From a virus (taxonomy: Duplodnaviria; Caudoviricetes), in IMG/VR virus record IMGVR_UViG_3300005611_000001: DNA of 64,000 nucleotides. One strand, 5' to 3'. This document shows, in pieces, positions 1 to 10,283 of this stretch. Within the stretch, counting starts at the first letter, position 1. Every line of letters begins with the position of its first letter. The notes below the pieces were generated by a model, which saw only the letters and a program-made list of their open reading frames with translations, was not told the origin of the DNA and searched no databases. The position numbers and the translations under genes are program-made.

Positions 1-2
1 CC

Positions 3-329
3 GATGGTTCTGAATGCCCCATGTACAAAGAAGTTGTTCAAACTTGGGGCATTCAAAAAATCGATGAGAATACAAATGAGCGCAAAAAAAGAAAAGAAAC
101 AGAAGCGCGCGAAGCTAGAGCAAAGCACGAGCAAAAGAAAAAGTCTGTTGAACTAGAACAGCTTTTCAATCTGAAACTCCAGGCTTTTGAAATCGAAGAA
201 GTAAAAAATTCTGATGATCGTGCTATGAGATCCAAAATTCGTCGAGCAAAAAACGTGATTGAAATGCAAGCTTTGACCTCTATTTTGATTGCAAAAGAAC
301 TTGGTTATTTTGGAGAAAAAAATGAGTGA
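3..329 (+). CDS. Hypothetical protein, 5'-partial (frame open to window edge)
   Basis: Open frame from position 3; charged helical sequence; stop overlaps next ATG. Confidence 0.6.
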   Translation, partial: DGSECPMYKEVVQTWGIQKIDENTNERKKRKETEAREARAKHEQKKKSVELEQLFNLKLQAFEIEEVKNSDDRAMRSKIRRAKNVIEMQALTSILIAKELGYFGEKNE

Positions 330-1059
330 GCCGACTAAAGGTTATGTGATTGTAGCATCAAGAAGAGAAGTTTTTTATGTTTTTGCAATGAATCTTATGG
401 AGTCGATTCTAGAGTTTTATCCTGATGCAAAATTCTGTCTTGTCACCGAAGAACGCTTTCTTGATGGGCGTGAAAAGATGGCGGATAAAGTAATTTTTTG
501 TAATGATCATAAAAGAGCAAAGTTGTGGGGAATGGCGCAATCTCCCTATGATATCACTTTTTATATTGATGCAGACACAGAATGTGAACATGGCGATATC
601 GAACATGTCTTTGACGAACTAGGCGATTATGATGTTCTGTTTACGGGTCTTCCCGAAGAAAGATCGTATTGTTATGCACAGCTTAAATTCCCGGGTGGTC
701 AATTCTATCTTTGTGGAGCAGTTTGTCTCTACGATATGAGAAATCCCCTTGTAAAAGAATTTATGCAAGATTGGTACGATCTTACAGTAAAGCAATATGC
801 GGGAACTTGGTGGCCGACAAAAGAAGACGGTTCTTGGGATGAAGACTTGTATCCAAGATCACTTGCAAGATGGGATCAGTTCACGCTTTGGTGGCTTACG
901 CAGAAAGAACCAAAATACAAAGACCTAAAAGTAGGTGTGTTTGAAGATGATGCTAGGTGGAATTATTTTTCTAGATATAAATATGACCACAATATAAAGC
1001 CAGTGGTTCTCAGACACTGGTCGGCAGCAGATGTTAAGCACATGGAGTTTACGCTATGA
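322..1059 (+). CDS. GT-A fold glycosyltransferase-like protein
   Basis: GGAG RBS before ATG 322; DxD motif in TFYIDADTE; AKL and WDQFTLW segments typical of GT8/nucleotide-diphospho-sugar transferases. Confidence 0.65.
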   Translation: MSEPTKGYVIVASRREVFYVFAMNLMESILEFYPDAKFCLVTEERFLDGREKMADKVIFCNDHKRAKLWGMAQSPYDITFYIDADTECEHGDIEHVFDELGDYDVLFTGLPEERSYCYAQLKFPGGQFYLCGAVCLYDMRNPLVKEFMQDWYDLTVKQYAGTWWPTKEDGSWDEDLYPRSLARWDQFTLWWLTQKEPKYKDLKVGVFEDDARWNYFSRYKYDHNIKPVVLRHWSAADVKHMEFTL

Positions 1060-1754
1060 CAGAAAAATTAGTGCCTCTTATGAGAGATATACCCTTAAAC
1101 GATTTTGCAAAAGACATTCTTAATGAATCTCTTTGGTTTGTGCAAGACGAAAATTATAAAACAGTGCAAATGGCACAAGAGAAAAGATTTACTCCTGAAC
1201 TGGCTGATTGGTACACAAGTCACGAATATTTTGAGAAGATTAAAGCTATGGGTCCAGCACATGCTGGTTTCCCAGAAGTAAATGCTCTTTATTCGTATAC
1301 TTTAGGTCATCTTAGATTTAGCAAAGAAGAGAATCATCAAGCAAAAATCCCGCATGTAACAGAAAAACAAAACGGGTTTTTTGAAAAGATACAAAGAACG
1401 TTTAACTTAAAAAGAAGCGCACTATTTGCAATTTATCATCCAGGTTGCTACATCTCTTGGCATAACAATGCAAACGCTTCTGCATATAATTTTATTTTTA
1501 CATGGTCAGAAACAGGTGATGGCTATTGGGAACACTACGACAATCGAACAAAAGAATTCGTAAAAATTCCTGATAAGCCTGGTTGGCAGTGTAAAGCTGG
1601 ATACTTTGGTGCATATGAAGACGGTGAAGATAAGCTAGTTTATCACACAGCAAGAACATACAGTTCATTACGAATGACTGTCGCATTTATTCTTGATCGA
1701 TCAGAAATGTCTCAAGGCATTCAAGATTGGATTATTGACGATATTCACGCCTAA
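1056..1754 (+). CDS. Jelly-roll (2OG-Fe(II) oxygenase-like) protein, WHNN type
   Basis: YHPGCYISWHNNANA...YHTA...RMTVAF pattern; paralogue of 49119..49745. Confidence 0.55.
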   Translation: MTEKLVPLMRDIPLNDFAKDILNESLWFVQDENYKTVQMAQEKRFTPELADWYTSHEYFEKIKAMGPAHAGFPEVNALYSYTLGHLRFSKEENHQAKIPHVTEKQNGFFEKIQRTFNLKRSALFAIYHPGCYISWHNNANASAYNFIFTWSETGDGYWEHYDNRTKEFVKIPDKPGWQCKAGYFGAYEDGEDKLVYHTARTYSSLRMTVAFILDRSEMSQGIQDWIIDDIHA

Positions 1755-1759
1755 ATTCT

Positions 1760-1767
1760 TATAAATA
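1760..1767 (+). promoter_or_regulatory. T4-type late promoter
   Basis: TATAAATA in intergenic gap before structural genes. Confidence 0.8.
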
Positions 1768-1800
1768 GTGCCATAGGGTTTTTTTCTGGACAGAAGACTT

Positions 1801-2154
1801 ATGGCACGATATGAAGAATTAACAATTGATCAGGGTACAGACGTTTCAATTGATCTGTACCTGACAAACAAAGATGGCTCTGTGAAAGACTTGTCTGGTT
1901 TTTCTGCTGCTGCAAAAATGAGTACGCGGTACGGCACTTCAGATTCAGATAAAGTTGCATTTGCTGCGTATGTCACTGTTCCTCCAACTGATGGTATCGT
2001 GAACTTATCGTTAACAAACGTAGTCACAAATGCGCTAAATACTAGAAAAAGATATGTTTATGATGTTGAAATATCTTATGTAGACAGCGACTCAAACACC
2101 ATCGTAGAAAGGGTACTTGAAGGATTGATTACAGTTAATCCTTCTGTCACATGA
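1801..2154 (+). CDS. Virion structural protein (small baseplate-associated beta-sandwich)
   Basis: LTIDQGTD...DLSGFSAAAKM...YVYDVEI...RVLEGLITVNPSVT pattern common in T4-like marine phage structural modules; follows late promoter. Confidence 0.7.
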   Translation: MARYEELTIDQGTDVSIDLYLTNKDGSVKDLSGFSAAAKMSTRYGTSDSDKVAFAAYVTVPPTDGIVNLSLTNVVTNALNTRKRYVYDVEISYVDSDSNTIVERVLEGLITVNPSVT

Positions 2155-2161
2155 GGTCAGC

Positions 2162-3289
2162 ATGACAGATCAAATAGTACAAGCTGGTAATGTAACGCTA
2201 GTTAGCAAAATAACTTACGGCACTCCTTTGCGTACGGCTGTGATATCTTCTAGTGCTGACATCGATGCTATTGTGGGGCTAAGCACTACTGGTGCTGTTG
2301 ATGGTTCTTTGTTCGTCTACGATTCTGATGCAGGCGAATGGCGCGCTTCTAATATTTTAAACAATCAAATAATCGATGGGCGTGTTTATCCATCTGATTC
2401 TGATCGCGCTCAGATTCTTATTCGTCGTTCTGGTACTCAAGGCGATCCTCTTGTTCTTAGAACAGGAGAGCTAGCGTATTCGTGGCTTCAAGACTCTGGA
2501 AGCCCCGTTGATGGATTTGGTAACGGCGGCGACAGGCTCTTTATTGGTGTAGGCACAGAAACAGATAGTAATGGTGTTGTTTACGCTGAACGCATCGAAG
2601 TTATCGGCGGTAAATACTTTACCGATCTTCTAAATCACGCTCACGGTACACTTACAGCATCTAGCGCTCTGATAGTAGACTCTGCAAAAAGAATAGATGA
2701 GTTTTATGCTGATGCAATCTTCATTGATAGTGCAAGCATCACAAGACTTTATATTAGCGACTCTGCAACTGCTCAAGACCTCAAAGTAACAAATCTTTTC
2801 ATTGCAAATGATATCTTAGCGACTGGCACTTCGACGTTCAACACAATCAATGTAAATCGATTGTCAACGTTCGACTCTGCAGTTACCATTGACGCTGCGC
2901 TTTCTGTTACTGAAACTCTGAATGTTACCGGGTTGACGACGCTTGATTCTGCGAACATCAATCGTCTGCAAGTTGATTCAAGTCTTTCGATTCTTGGTGA
3001 TCTTAGCATTAGTGGTGCAACAACTTTTGATTCTTCTGCGACATTTAACGGCGATATTTTTGTCGGTGATAGAGTTCTTAGAGAATTCATCGACAGCAGT
3101 GTTTTCAATCTTTTGATTGGTGGTCAATCAATCACACTAACATACAATGACTCTGCAAACACTTTGACGGTTGATGCTGATGTTGCTACAGTTTCTTTAC
3201 CTGGTGTTGCTTCTTTTGATTCGTCGCAGTTTTCGATTACTGGAGCTGGGCAAGTGTCTGTCATAGAATTAAATGGTGGGACTTATTAA
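2162..3289 (+). CDS. Tail fibre/virion protein with Mtd_N-like segment
   Basis: ILIRRSGTQGDPLVLRTGELAYS motif; beta-rich; 14 DS dipeptides. Confidence 0.65.
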   Translation: MTDQIVQAGNVTLVSKITYGTPLRTAVISSSADIDAIVGLSTTGAVDGSLFVYDSDAGEWRASNILNNQIIDGRVYPSDSDRAQILIRRSGTQGDPLVLRTGELAYSWLQDSGSPVDGFGNGGDRLFIGVGTETDSNGVVYAERIEVIGGKYFTDLLNHAHGTLTASSALIVDSAKRIDEFYADAIFIDSASITRLYISDSATAQDLKVTNLFIANDILATGTSTFNTINVNRLSTFDSAVTIDAALSVTETLNVTGLTTLDSANINRLQVDSSLSILGDLSISGATTFDSSATFNGDIFVGDRVLREFIDSSVFNLLIGGQSITLTYNDSANTLTVDADVATVSLPGVASFDSSQFSITGAGQVSVIELNGGTY

Positions 3290-3330
3290 AATGCGCACTA
3301 AATATAATATTACCTCAGTAGAGATTTAAA

Positions 3331-5667
3331 ATGGTAGACACAAGATTAATTAATAAACAATCTTCTGTACCTGGTAAAAGACCCGGCATTTCCGATCTGC
3401 AACTTGGTGAAATTGCTATCAATACGCATGATGGCAAAATGTTCATCAAGCAAGACAGAAACGGAAATATCGAAGTTGTTCAGGTCGGTGACGATCCCAC
3501 TGAAAACGTATACTATGTGTCAAAGGGCGGTAAAAAAGGTAATGCGGGAACATCACTTTCAGATGCTTTTGCTACGCTAGATTCTGCAGTAACAACGCTT
3601 CAGACTCTGGAAGCTTTTACTTTTAATGAAGGCACTTGCACTAGAGACCTAGGGCTTATCTTAGATGGTCTTCAATACGACATTGCTTTCGGTACAAACT
3701 ATAATGCAGTGACTTCTGGTCTTGCATATCAGCGCGCGGGCTCTGTAAAAGTAATCGATGAGCAACTGGTAGCTACAAGAAGCGCGTTCAATGAAGTGAA
3801 GGGTGCCATAGCGTCTGACCCTATTGTAAAACTCAGCACAGGCTATGACGGTGCGCTAGAAAGAAGTAATCGGCATTGGTCGGAAGTTGTTGACATTCTT
3901 GTTAATGGCGTACAAAGCACAGAGACTGCAGCAGACGATCTCGTTTTTCCTGCGCCTGCAGTTCTTCCTACTCCAGACGCTGATGATGCTGCAGTTATTC
4001 TACAAAACAACCGTGAATGGTTTAAGACAGAAGTTGTAGAATATATTTCTACAAACGTTCCTGGTCTAGTTTACGACAGTGTAAGATGTCGCCGTGACGT
4101 TGGTTTTATTATCGACGGTCTTACGTTCGATATTCTTTATGGCGGTACGTTTGCAATTGATATAAACACTCGCGCATATTTCTCGTTCGGTTCGAATCAG
4201 CTAGGTGATAGCGCAAACGATCCTGAAGTTGTTGCGACAACACAAACTTATACACACCTTTCTAACATCATAGAAGAAGTTGTTCAGGGCAGTTTGACAT
4301 CGAATCTATCGTCCGGTGCAGACGAAACCGGTAACGGCGGGCAGTATGCTACAGCCACAGAATCTGTTATTCTTGCTAACAACTTCAGTATTCTAATTGA
4401 TGCTGTTACGGCAGGAAATCTTGACAGTGTTCCTGCAGTTGTTTTGCCAAATCTAACTTCTAGAGGTGTTGGATCTGATCTTGTAGCAGCTATCAATTCT
4501 ATAAACGATCAAAGAGATTTGTTTATTCTGCAAGGGGTGAAAAGAGCAACTGCAACTGGCGACGCAACAATTTTCTTGAAGAGCGGCGATTATGTAGTTA
4601 ACAATCCTCTGACACTGCCTGCCAAAACTTCTGTGATTGGTGACAACTTAAGAACAACTACTATTCGCCCGCAAAACGTCGATTCAGATATTTTCTACGT
4701 TAATACAGGTTGCTATATTAGAGACATTACTTTTAGGGATCATCAGAATGGTGCTGCGTGTGTTGCGTTCGATCCCAATGTAGATAGCCCTGGTGCAGGT
4801 CCTTTTATTATTCAGTCACCCTATATTCAAAACTGCACATCTATTACCACAAATGGTACTGGTCTGAAAGTAGATGGATCTAAAGCGACAGGGCTTAGAT
4901 CGATGGTTGCTGATGCATTTACTCAATACAATGCAGCAGGAATTGGGGTTCATATTCTCAATCGGGGTTATGCTCAGCTAGTTTCTATCTTCACAATTTC
5001 TACACAAACTGGAATTCTAGCTGAAGATGGTGGGCAATGCTCACTGACTAACTCTAACTCTAGCTTTGGTGATCGTGGGCTTGTTGCAACAGGTAGTAGT
5101 AAAGTTCTTTATTCTGGTACTTTGGATTCTGATTATTTCATATTTGACGATGTTATGATCGTTAATGAAATTACAAATCTGGATTCTACAGATTACTTAA
5201 ATCCATTTGGTCAGTATAAGCGCCCGAACTATGGTGACGCAATACTTTTCGATTCAGAAAATTATTACTACACAGTTCTTGATGTTGATTCGGTTGCTCC
5301 TGGGAAATATACAATTACATTTGAGCCACCTTTGAATCAGGACAAGTTAAGAAATCAAACGATTTCTTTTAAACAAAGATCAAATATCGTTACAAGTTCT
5401 CACACTTTCGAATTTGTGGGTGCTGGTACGAACACGTTTACAGCAATTCCTCAAAATGGTGGTATACCAGATCAAACAAAAGAAGTTGTTTTTGATTCAG
5501 CAAATAACGAAGGGCTTGTGGTATTCACAAGTACCGACCAACTTGGTGATTTTAGAATTGGTAGTGAATTGACAATTCGTAGACAGCTCGGTCGAATCGA
5601 AGGTGAAACTTTCGAAAGATCGCTGTATCAAATCTTAACTCCGTATATCCTAGCACTTGAGGGTTGA
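3331..5667 (+). CDS. Large virion protein (Mtd_N-like N-terminus, repeats, pectin-lyase-like beta-helix)
   Basis: KQSSVPGKRP...LQLGEIAINTHDGKMF; two C.RD.G.I.DGL..D..GTN/GGT repeats; IFLKSGDY...VIGDNLR beta-helix start. Confidence 0.7.
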   Translation: MVDTRLINKQSSVPGKRPGISDLQLGEIAINTHDGKMFIKQDRNGNIEVVQVGDDPTENVYYVSKGGKKGNAGTSLSDAFATLDSAVTTLQTLEAFTFNEGTCTRDLGLILDGLQYDIAFGTNYNAVTSGLAYQRAGSVKVIDEQLVATRSAFNEVKGAIASDPIVKLSTGYDGALERSNRHWSEVVDILVNGVQSTETAADDLVFPAPAVLPTPDADDAAVILQNNREWFKTEVVEYISTNVPGLVYDSVRCRRDVGFIIDGLTFDILYGGTFAIDINTRAYFSFGSNQLGDSANDPEVVATTQTYTHLSNIIEEVVQGSLTSNLSSGADETGNGGQYATATESVILANNFSILIDAVTAGNLDSVPAVVLPNLTSRGVGSDLVAAINSINDQRDLFILQGVKRATATGDATIFLKSGDYVVNNPLTLPAKTSVIGDNLRTTTIRPQNVDSDIFYVNTGCYIRDITFRDHQNGAACVAFDPNVDSPGAGPFIIQSPYIQNCTSITTNGTGLKVDGSKATGLRSMVADAFTQYNAAGIGVHILNRGYAQLVSIFTISTQTGILAEDGGQCSLTNSNSSFGDRGLVATGSSKVLYSGTLDSDYFIFDDVMIVNEITNLDSTDYLNPFGQYKRPNYGDAILFDSENYYYTVLDVDSVAPGKYTITFEPPLNQDKLRNQTISFKQRSNIVTSSHTFEFVGAGTNTFTAIPQNGGIPDQTKEVVFDSANNEGLVVFTSTDQLGDFRIGSELTIRRQLGRIEGETFERSLYQILTPYILALEG

Positions 5668-5670
5668 TAA

Positions 5671-6039
5671 ATGGCTATTCCATTAAACGTATTTAAAACG
5701 ACAACTGCGGTTATTGCAGAAGAACCCTCTGGTGGGTTCATCGGCGATAGTGATCTTGTATACACTGTGCCTTCTGGAATTACCACAATTGTTCTGATGG
5801 CTCAGGTTGCTAACACTGATAGCGCTGAGCATACAGTTACATTCCAACATTATAATAACGTAAGCCTTGTTGCGACAGAGCTTGTGAAAGATTTTCCTAT
5901 ACCTCCAAAAGATGCAACTGGCTTGATTACAGGAAAATTAATTGTCGAACAAGGCAACAGAGTTCGCGCTTCTGTATCTGCAGGATCTGGCAGCACGATG
6001 AAACTCACATTAAGTTATCTGGAATCTCTAAATGGCTAG
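5671..6039 (+). CDS. Virion structural protein
   Basis: MAIPLNVFKT...YTVPSGITTIVLMAQVAN...LSYLESLNG; tight coupling in late operon. Confidence 0.65.
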   Translation: MAIPLNVFKTTTAVIAEEPSGGFIGDSDLVYTVPSGITTIVLMAQVANTDSAEHTVTFQHYNNVSLVATELVKDFPIPPKDATGLITGKLIVEQGNRVRASVSAGSGSTMKLTLSYLESLNG

Positions 6040-7240
6040 ATTGATAAGGACCCTTAGTGGTCGAGTAAAAAGAACTGATCCAACTCAGTTAGACTCTGGC
6101 AGATTTGAGTATCTAACTCTTGATCAGGCTGAACCGGGCTTAGGTGTTCCTGAGTCAGACGGGGCCGTTCTTATTTCTAATACGGATGGAACACGTTCTT
6201 TTACTAACGAACTTATCATCAAGGGTCTTGCATTTCAATCTGGTCAGCTAGATTCTGCTGATTCTTCAAGTCTTTATGCGTTGTTTGTTAAGGGCAATCC
6301 TTTTGATGCTTCGGTTGATAGCATTGGGTTTCGTCGGATTAGCGACACTATTTTTGAAGCTGACACTCTTGACACAGTAACAAGTCGCGGCGCACAGACA
6401 GGAAATAATATTCAAGTCGGTGGGCTTATTGCTGACAGTGTGTCGATTCTAGGTAATCTTACCGTTCAAGGTACGACTACCACAATCAATTCGACAGTTC
6501 TGACAATCAATGACAAGAATATTGTTATTGCGGATGGTGCAGGAAGCGCAGCAGCAGCAGACAGCGCTGGTATTACCGTTGCGGGCGCAAACGCAAACAT
6601 CTACTATAAAGCAGGTACGAATAGCTGGAATATTGATCGGGCGTTAAATGTAGATTCGAATGTTGTTGTTGGTGGTAAACTTTTTATTAATGTTACTGAA
6701 ACACAGCAAACTTCGCTGGCTCTTTACATCGACGAAGTTACAGGTGAAGTGTACGCAGGAGCTCCTACGGGTGACAGTGCTGGTGAAGCGACATTTGCAA
6801 GACAAATTCAAATTACAAAAACTGATGACAGCGGAACATTCTATCCGCTGTTTGCTGGTGTCAATGCCGGCATTGATAGTGTAAATGCTGATTCGAATTT
6901 CTCTTATGATCCTTCTATTAATCAGCTAACACTTGGTAGACTTGTTCTAAATCAACTTGCAAACTATCCTACAGCAAGTAACTTCCTTGTCATTGACTCA
7001 AGCAACAATGTTGGATTTAGAGACGCAGGAAGCCTTCCGTTCTTAGACTCTGAACAAGACACTCTTGATACAGTAACGACAAGAGGGGACTCTACAAACA
7101 ATGCTATTACAGTGGGTAAAGTTACCACTGTTGACAGCGTGAGTGTAGGCAGCACACTTCAATTTGCAGATCAATTCTTAGATGGTTCGGGTAGAAGATT
7201 GGTAATTTACGATTCTACAGGTTCGGTTCTTTGGGGTTAA
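6032..7240 (+). CDS. Tail fibre-like virion protein
   Basis: Internal repeat DTLDTVT.RG..T.N.I.VG (x2); 16 DS dipeptides. Confidence 0.65.
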   Translation: MARLIRTLSGRVKRTDPTQLDSGRFEYLTLDQAEPGLGVPESDGAVLISNTDGTRSFTNELIIKGLAFQSGQLDSADSSSLYALFVKGNPFDASVDSIGFRRISDTIFEADTLDTVTSRGAQTGNNIQVGGLIADSVSILGNLTVQGTTTTINSTVLTINDKNIVIADGAGSAAAADSAGITVAGANANIYYKAGTNSWNIDRALNVDSNVVVGGKLFINVTETQQTSLALYIDEVTGEVYAGAPTGDSAGEATFARQIQITKTDDSGTFYPLFAGVNAGIDSVNADSNFSYDPSINQLTLGRLVLNQLANYPTASNFLVIDSSNNVGFRDAGSLPFLDSEQDTLDTVTTRGDSTNNAITVGKVTTVDSVSVGSTLQFADQFLDGSGRRLVIYDSTGSVLWG

Positions 7241-7245
7241 AATAA

Positions 7246-8001
7246 ATGGCATCACCAGCATCAAGACAAGAACTGATTGATTTTTGCTTGCGCAGACTCG
7301 GAGAGCCTGTCATTGAAATTAATGTCGATACTGATCAGGTAGAAGATAAAGTAGATGATGCAATTCAAAAATATCAAGAGTTTCACAGCGATGCGACCAT
7401 TCGCACCTATCTGAAATATCAAGTGACTGCGGACGATGTTACGAACGGGTATGTTCCTATTTCGTCGAACATTATTTTTATTTCGAAAGTGTTTCCGTTC
7501 TCTTCTACATTTGGTTCCTCTGGTAATCTGTTTGACATTCGTTATCAGATGTTTTTGAATAACATGGGCGACTTCATTAACTTCGCCGGCGATCTTGCGT
7601 ATCTGTATCAGATGGAGCAATATCTGAGCATGATCGATCTTCAGCTTCACGGGCATCCTACTGTGAAGTTTTCACGCCGTCAGAATCGTCTGTATATTTG
7701 GGGCGACTTTGAAGACAAAGACCTGCAAGCTGGTGACTATCTGGTTGCAGAAGTTTTTCAAACAATCGATCCTGAGACGCACACAAGCATCTACAATGAC
7801 ATGTTTATCAAAGACTACACCACCGCTTTAATCAAGCAGCAATGGGGTGCGAATCTTAGCAAGTTTGAAGGAATGCAATTACCTGGTGGTGTAACGATGA
7901 ATGGTCGTCAAATTTTTGAAGATGCGACCGCTGATATTGAACGTCTAGAAGAGAAGCTGAGAACAGAGCAAGAGCTACCTGTCGACTTCTTCGTGGGTTA
8001 A
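7246..8001 (+). CDS. gp13: Neck protein (head-tail adaptor)
   Basis: RQELIDFCLRRLGEPVIEINV...QQWGANLSKFEGMQLPGGVTMNG signature. Confidence 0.93.
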   Translation: MASPASRQELIDFCLRRLGEPVIEINVDTDQVEDKVDDAIQKYQEFHSDATIRTYLKYQVTADDVTNGYVPISSNIIFISKVFPFSSTFGSSGNLFDIRYQMFLNNMGDFINFAGDLAYLYQMEQYLSMIDLQLHGHPTVKFSRRQNRLYIWGDFEDKDLQAGDYLVAEVFQTIDPETHTSIYNDMFIKDYTTALIKQQWGANLSKFEGMQLPGGVTMNGRQIFEDATADIERLEEKLRTEQELPVDFFVG

Positions 8002-8002
8002 C

Positions 8003-8893
8003 ATGGCTATAAATCGATATTTCAGTCAAGGAACAGCATCAGAACAGCGACTCTACGAAGATATTATAATTGAGTCACTGAAAATCTATGGGCAAGATGT
8101 TTACTATTTACCTCGTGAAATAGTTAATCGCGATACTATTTTTAGCGATGACTCTACTTCTAGATTCAAAGATGCGTATCGTATTGAAATGTACATTGAA
8201 AACGTCGAAGGTTTTGACGGTGAAGGCGATCTGTTTACCAAGTTTGGTGTAGAAATTCGTGATGCTGCTACATTTATTGTAGCGCGTCGTCGATGGAATT
8301 CTAAAGTTGCTTTTTATGAAAACACTGACACTCAGTCATTTTATCGCCCGCGCGAAGGTGACTTGATCTATCTTACTTTGTCAAGGTCTTTCTTTGAGAT
8401 TACAAAAGTCGAAACAGAAAATCCGTTTTATCAATTGAAAGACTTGCCTGTGTTTCGCATTCGCGCAGAGTTGTTTGAGTACAATGATGAAGATTTTGAT
8501 ACGAGTCTCAATCTTGATACCATCGAATCTAATCATGCTTATCAAACAATTCTCACATTTGATTTAGCACAAATGACAGGCAAATTTGAGATTGGTGATA
8601 CAATTACTCAGACAAATCCAAACGGATTTACAATTACAGGTGATGTTGTTAAGACTGACGCAACCGTTTCAAGCGCGTATAAAGTTTATGTTGCTCACGC
8701 TGGAGCGAGCGATGGCGAGTTTCATAACTTTTCGACATTGTACAGAATTGAAAATGAAAATGGAATTGGTGGTAAGCCGTCAGCAGTAGGCGAAGAAGAT
8801 TTGCAAGACAGTCAACAGAATGCAGACTTCGATACTGAAGCAACAAATATCATTGATTTCAGTGAGCAGAATCCCTTTGGAGATCCAGTCTAA
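8003..8893 (+). CDS. gp14: Neck protein (head closure)
   Basis: EDIIIESLKIYGQDVYYLPRE, PREGDLIY, FSEQNPFG signatures. Confidence 0.93.
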   Translation: MAINRYFSQGTASEQRLYEDIIIESLKIYGQDVYYLPREIVNRDTIFSDDSTSRFKDAYRIEMYIENVEGFDGEGDLFTKFGVEIRDAATFIVARRRWNSKVAFYENTDTQSFYRPREGDLIYLTLSRSFFEITKVETENPFYQLKDLPVFRIRAELFEYNDEDFDTSLNLDTIESNHAYQTILTFDLAQMTGKFEIGDTITQTNPNGFTITGDVVKTDATVSSAYKVYVAHAGASDGEFHNFSTLYRIENENGIGGKPSAVGEEDLQDSQQNADFDTEATNIIDFSEQNPFGDPV

Positions 8894-10275
8894 TGTTTGG
8901 CACTTATTTTTATCACCAAAGGATTCGCAAAGCAGTAGCGGTGTTTGGCTCTCTGTTTAATAACATTAATGTTGTTCGAACAAACAGCGCTGGTGCTGTA
9001 ATGAGTCAAGTTAAAGTACCTTTGTCTTACGCACCAAAAAGAGATTTTCTAGCTAGAATCGATGCAACACAAGATGGTGAAGAAGCAGAGCGTCAGGTAG
9101 CAATTAAATTGCCAAGAATGTCTTTTGAAATTACGAATATGCAATATGATCCTGCAAGACAATTGCCTAAGATGAATAAGTGTGTGACTTTTCCCACGAA
9201 CTTCGAAGGTGGTGCGCGAGAGCTTTACACACCCGTTCCTTATCTAATTGGCTTTCAGTTGAATGTTTATGCAAAATCACAAGATGATGCATTACAAATT
9301 GTCGAACAGATTTTACCATATTTTACACCACAGTATACGGTGACTGTCAAGCCTTTATCTGATTTTGATACAAAAGAAGATACGCCAATTTCTTTGGTAG
9401 GTATTACTTTTAGTGATGACTATGAAGGGTTGATTGAGGCAAGAAGATCGATCATCTACACACTTGACTTTGAAATGAAACTCAGTCTCTATAAAAACAT
9501 TGCTGCAACAAGTGCGGTTATTACTTCTGCCGATGTTAATATCTACGACTATGACGACACAGATAATTTATACTCTACAGTCGAAGTTCGAACATTTTCG
9601 AAAGCGGGTCTTTCAGGTTCTCTTCTGTTCGAAGACGGTGGCACAATTACCAATTCCAATTTCAAAATAGATAATGTACCAGCAGAAGTTTCTTCGCTTG
9701 AAATATTGACAGCACCGTCAAACGGTACAGCAACAGCAACTTTGACTACGAACACTACAACAGCGCTTGGTAAAATTACGTCAACAGGCACTTGGACGTA
9801 TACGCCAAACGCAGACTGGTATGGATCAGATTCGTTTGTGATCAAAGCTAATTTTGTTGGTGGTGGATCGATCAATTCTACGATTACTGTCTCTGTACAG
9901 AATCCTGAAAAAGATGCGATCAATGATGCATTTACGTTTGATCTTGCTTTCGACAATTATATTGATTTCAACGTAGCATCAAACGATGATTTTGAAACAA
10001 CAGGCGGTGTTACATATTCTATTTCTGCTGGCGGTTACCCATCGAATGGTTCGGTGCAAGTTTTAAATGCGAATACAGGTGCGTTTAGATACACTCCAAA
10101 CGCAGGATTTACAGGAACAGATACTTTTCTTTACAGGGCAACACCAGCAACGGGTCAATCAGAAACGGGAATTGTTACGATAACAGTTAATGATACCGCA
10201 AGTACTATGATTGCAGAATCTGGTGCATTAATTGCAATAGAACAAGACATTGACACTATTATCGCTTACGAATAG
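8893..10275 (+). CDS. gp15: Tail sheath stabiliser/terminator with C-terminal Ig-like (cadherin/Big_9-type) domains
   Basis: MFGTYFYHQRIRKAVAVFGSLFNNI...VPLSYAPK...EQILPYFTP; C-terminal P.NG...YTPNA.[WF].G.D[ST]F repeats. Confidence 0.9.
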   Translation: MFGTYFYHQRIRKAVAVFGSLFNNINVVRTNSAGAVMSQVKVPLSYAPKRDFLARIDATQDGEEAERQVAIKLPRMSFEITNMQYDPARQLPKMNKCVTFPTNFEGGARELYTPVPYLIGFQLNVYAKSQDDALQIVEQILPYFTPQYTVTVKPLSDFDTKEDTPISLVGITFSDDYEGLIEARRSIIYTLDFEMKLSLYKNIAATSAVITSADVNIYDYDDTDNLYSTVEVRTFSKAGLSGSLLFEDGGTITNSNFKIDNVPAEVSSLEILTAPSNGTATATLTTNTTTALGKITSTGTWTYTPNADWYGSDSFVIKANFVGGGSINSTITVSVQNPEKDAINDAFTFDLAFDNYIDFNVASNDDFETTGGVTYSISAGGYPSNGSVQVLNANTGAFRYTPNAGFTGTDTFLYRATPATGQSETGIVTITVNDTASTMIAESGALIAIEQDIDTIIAYE

Positions 10276-10283
10276 GAACGATC

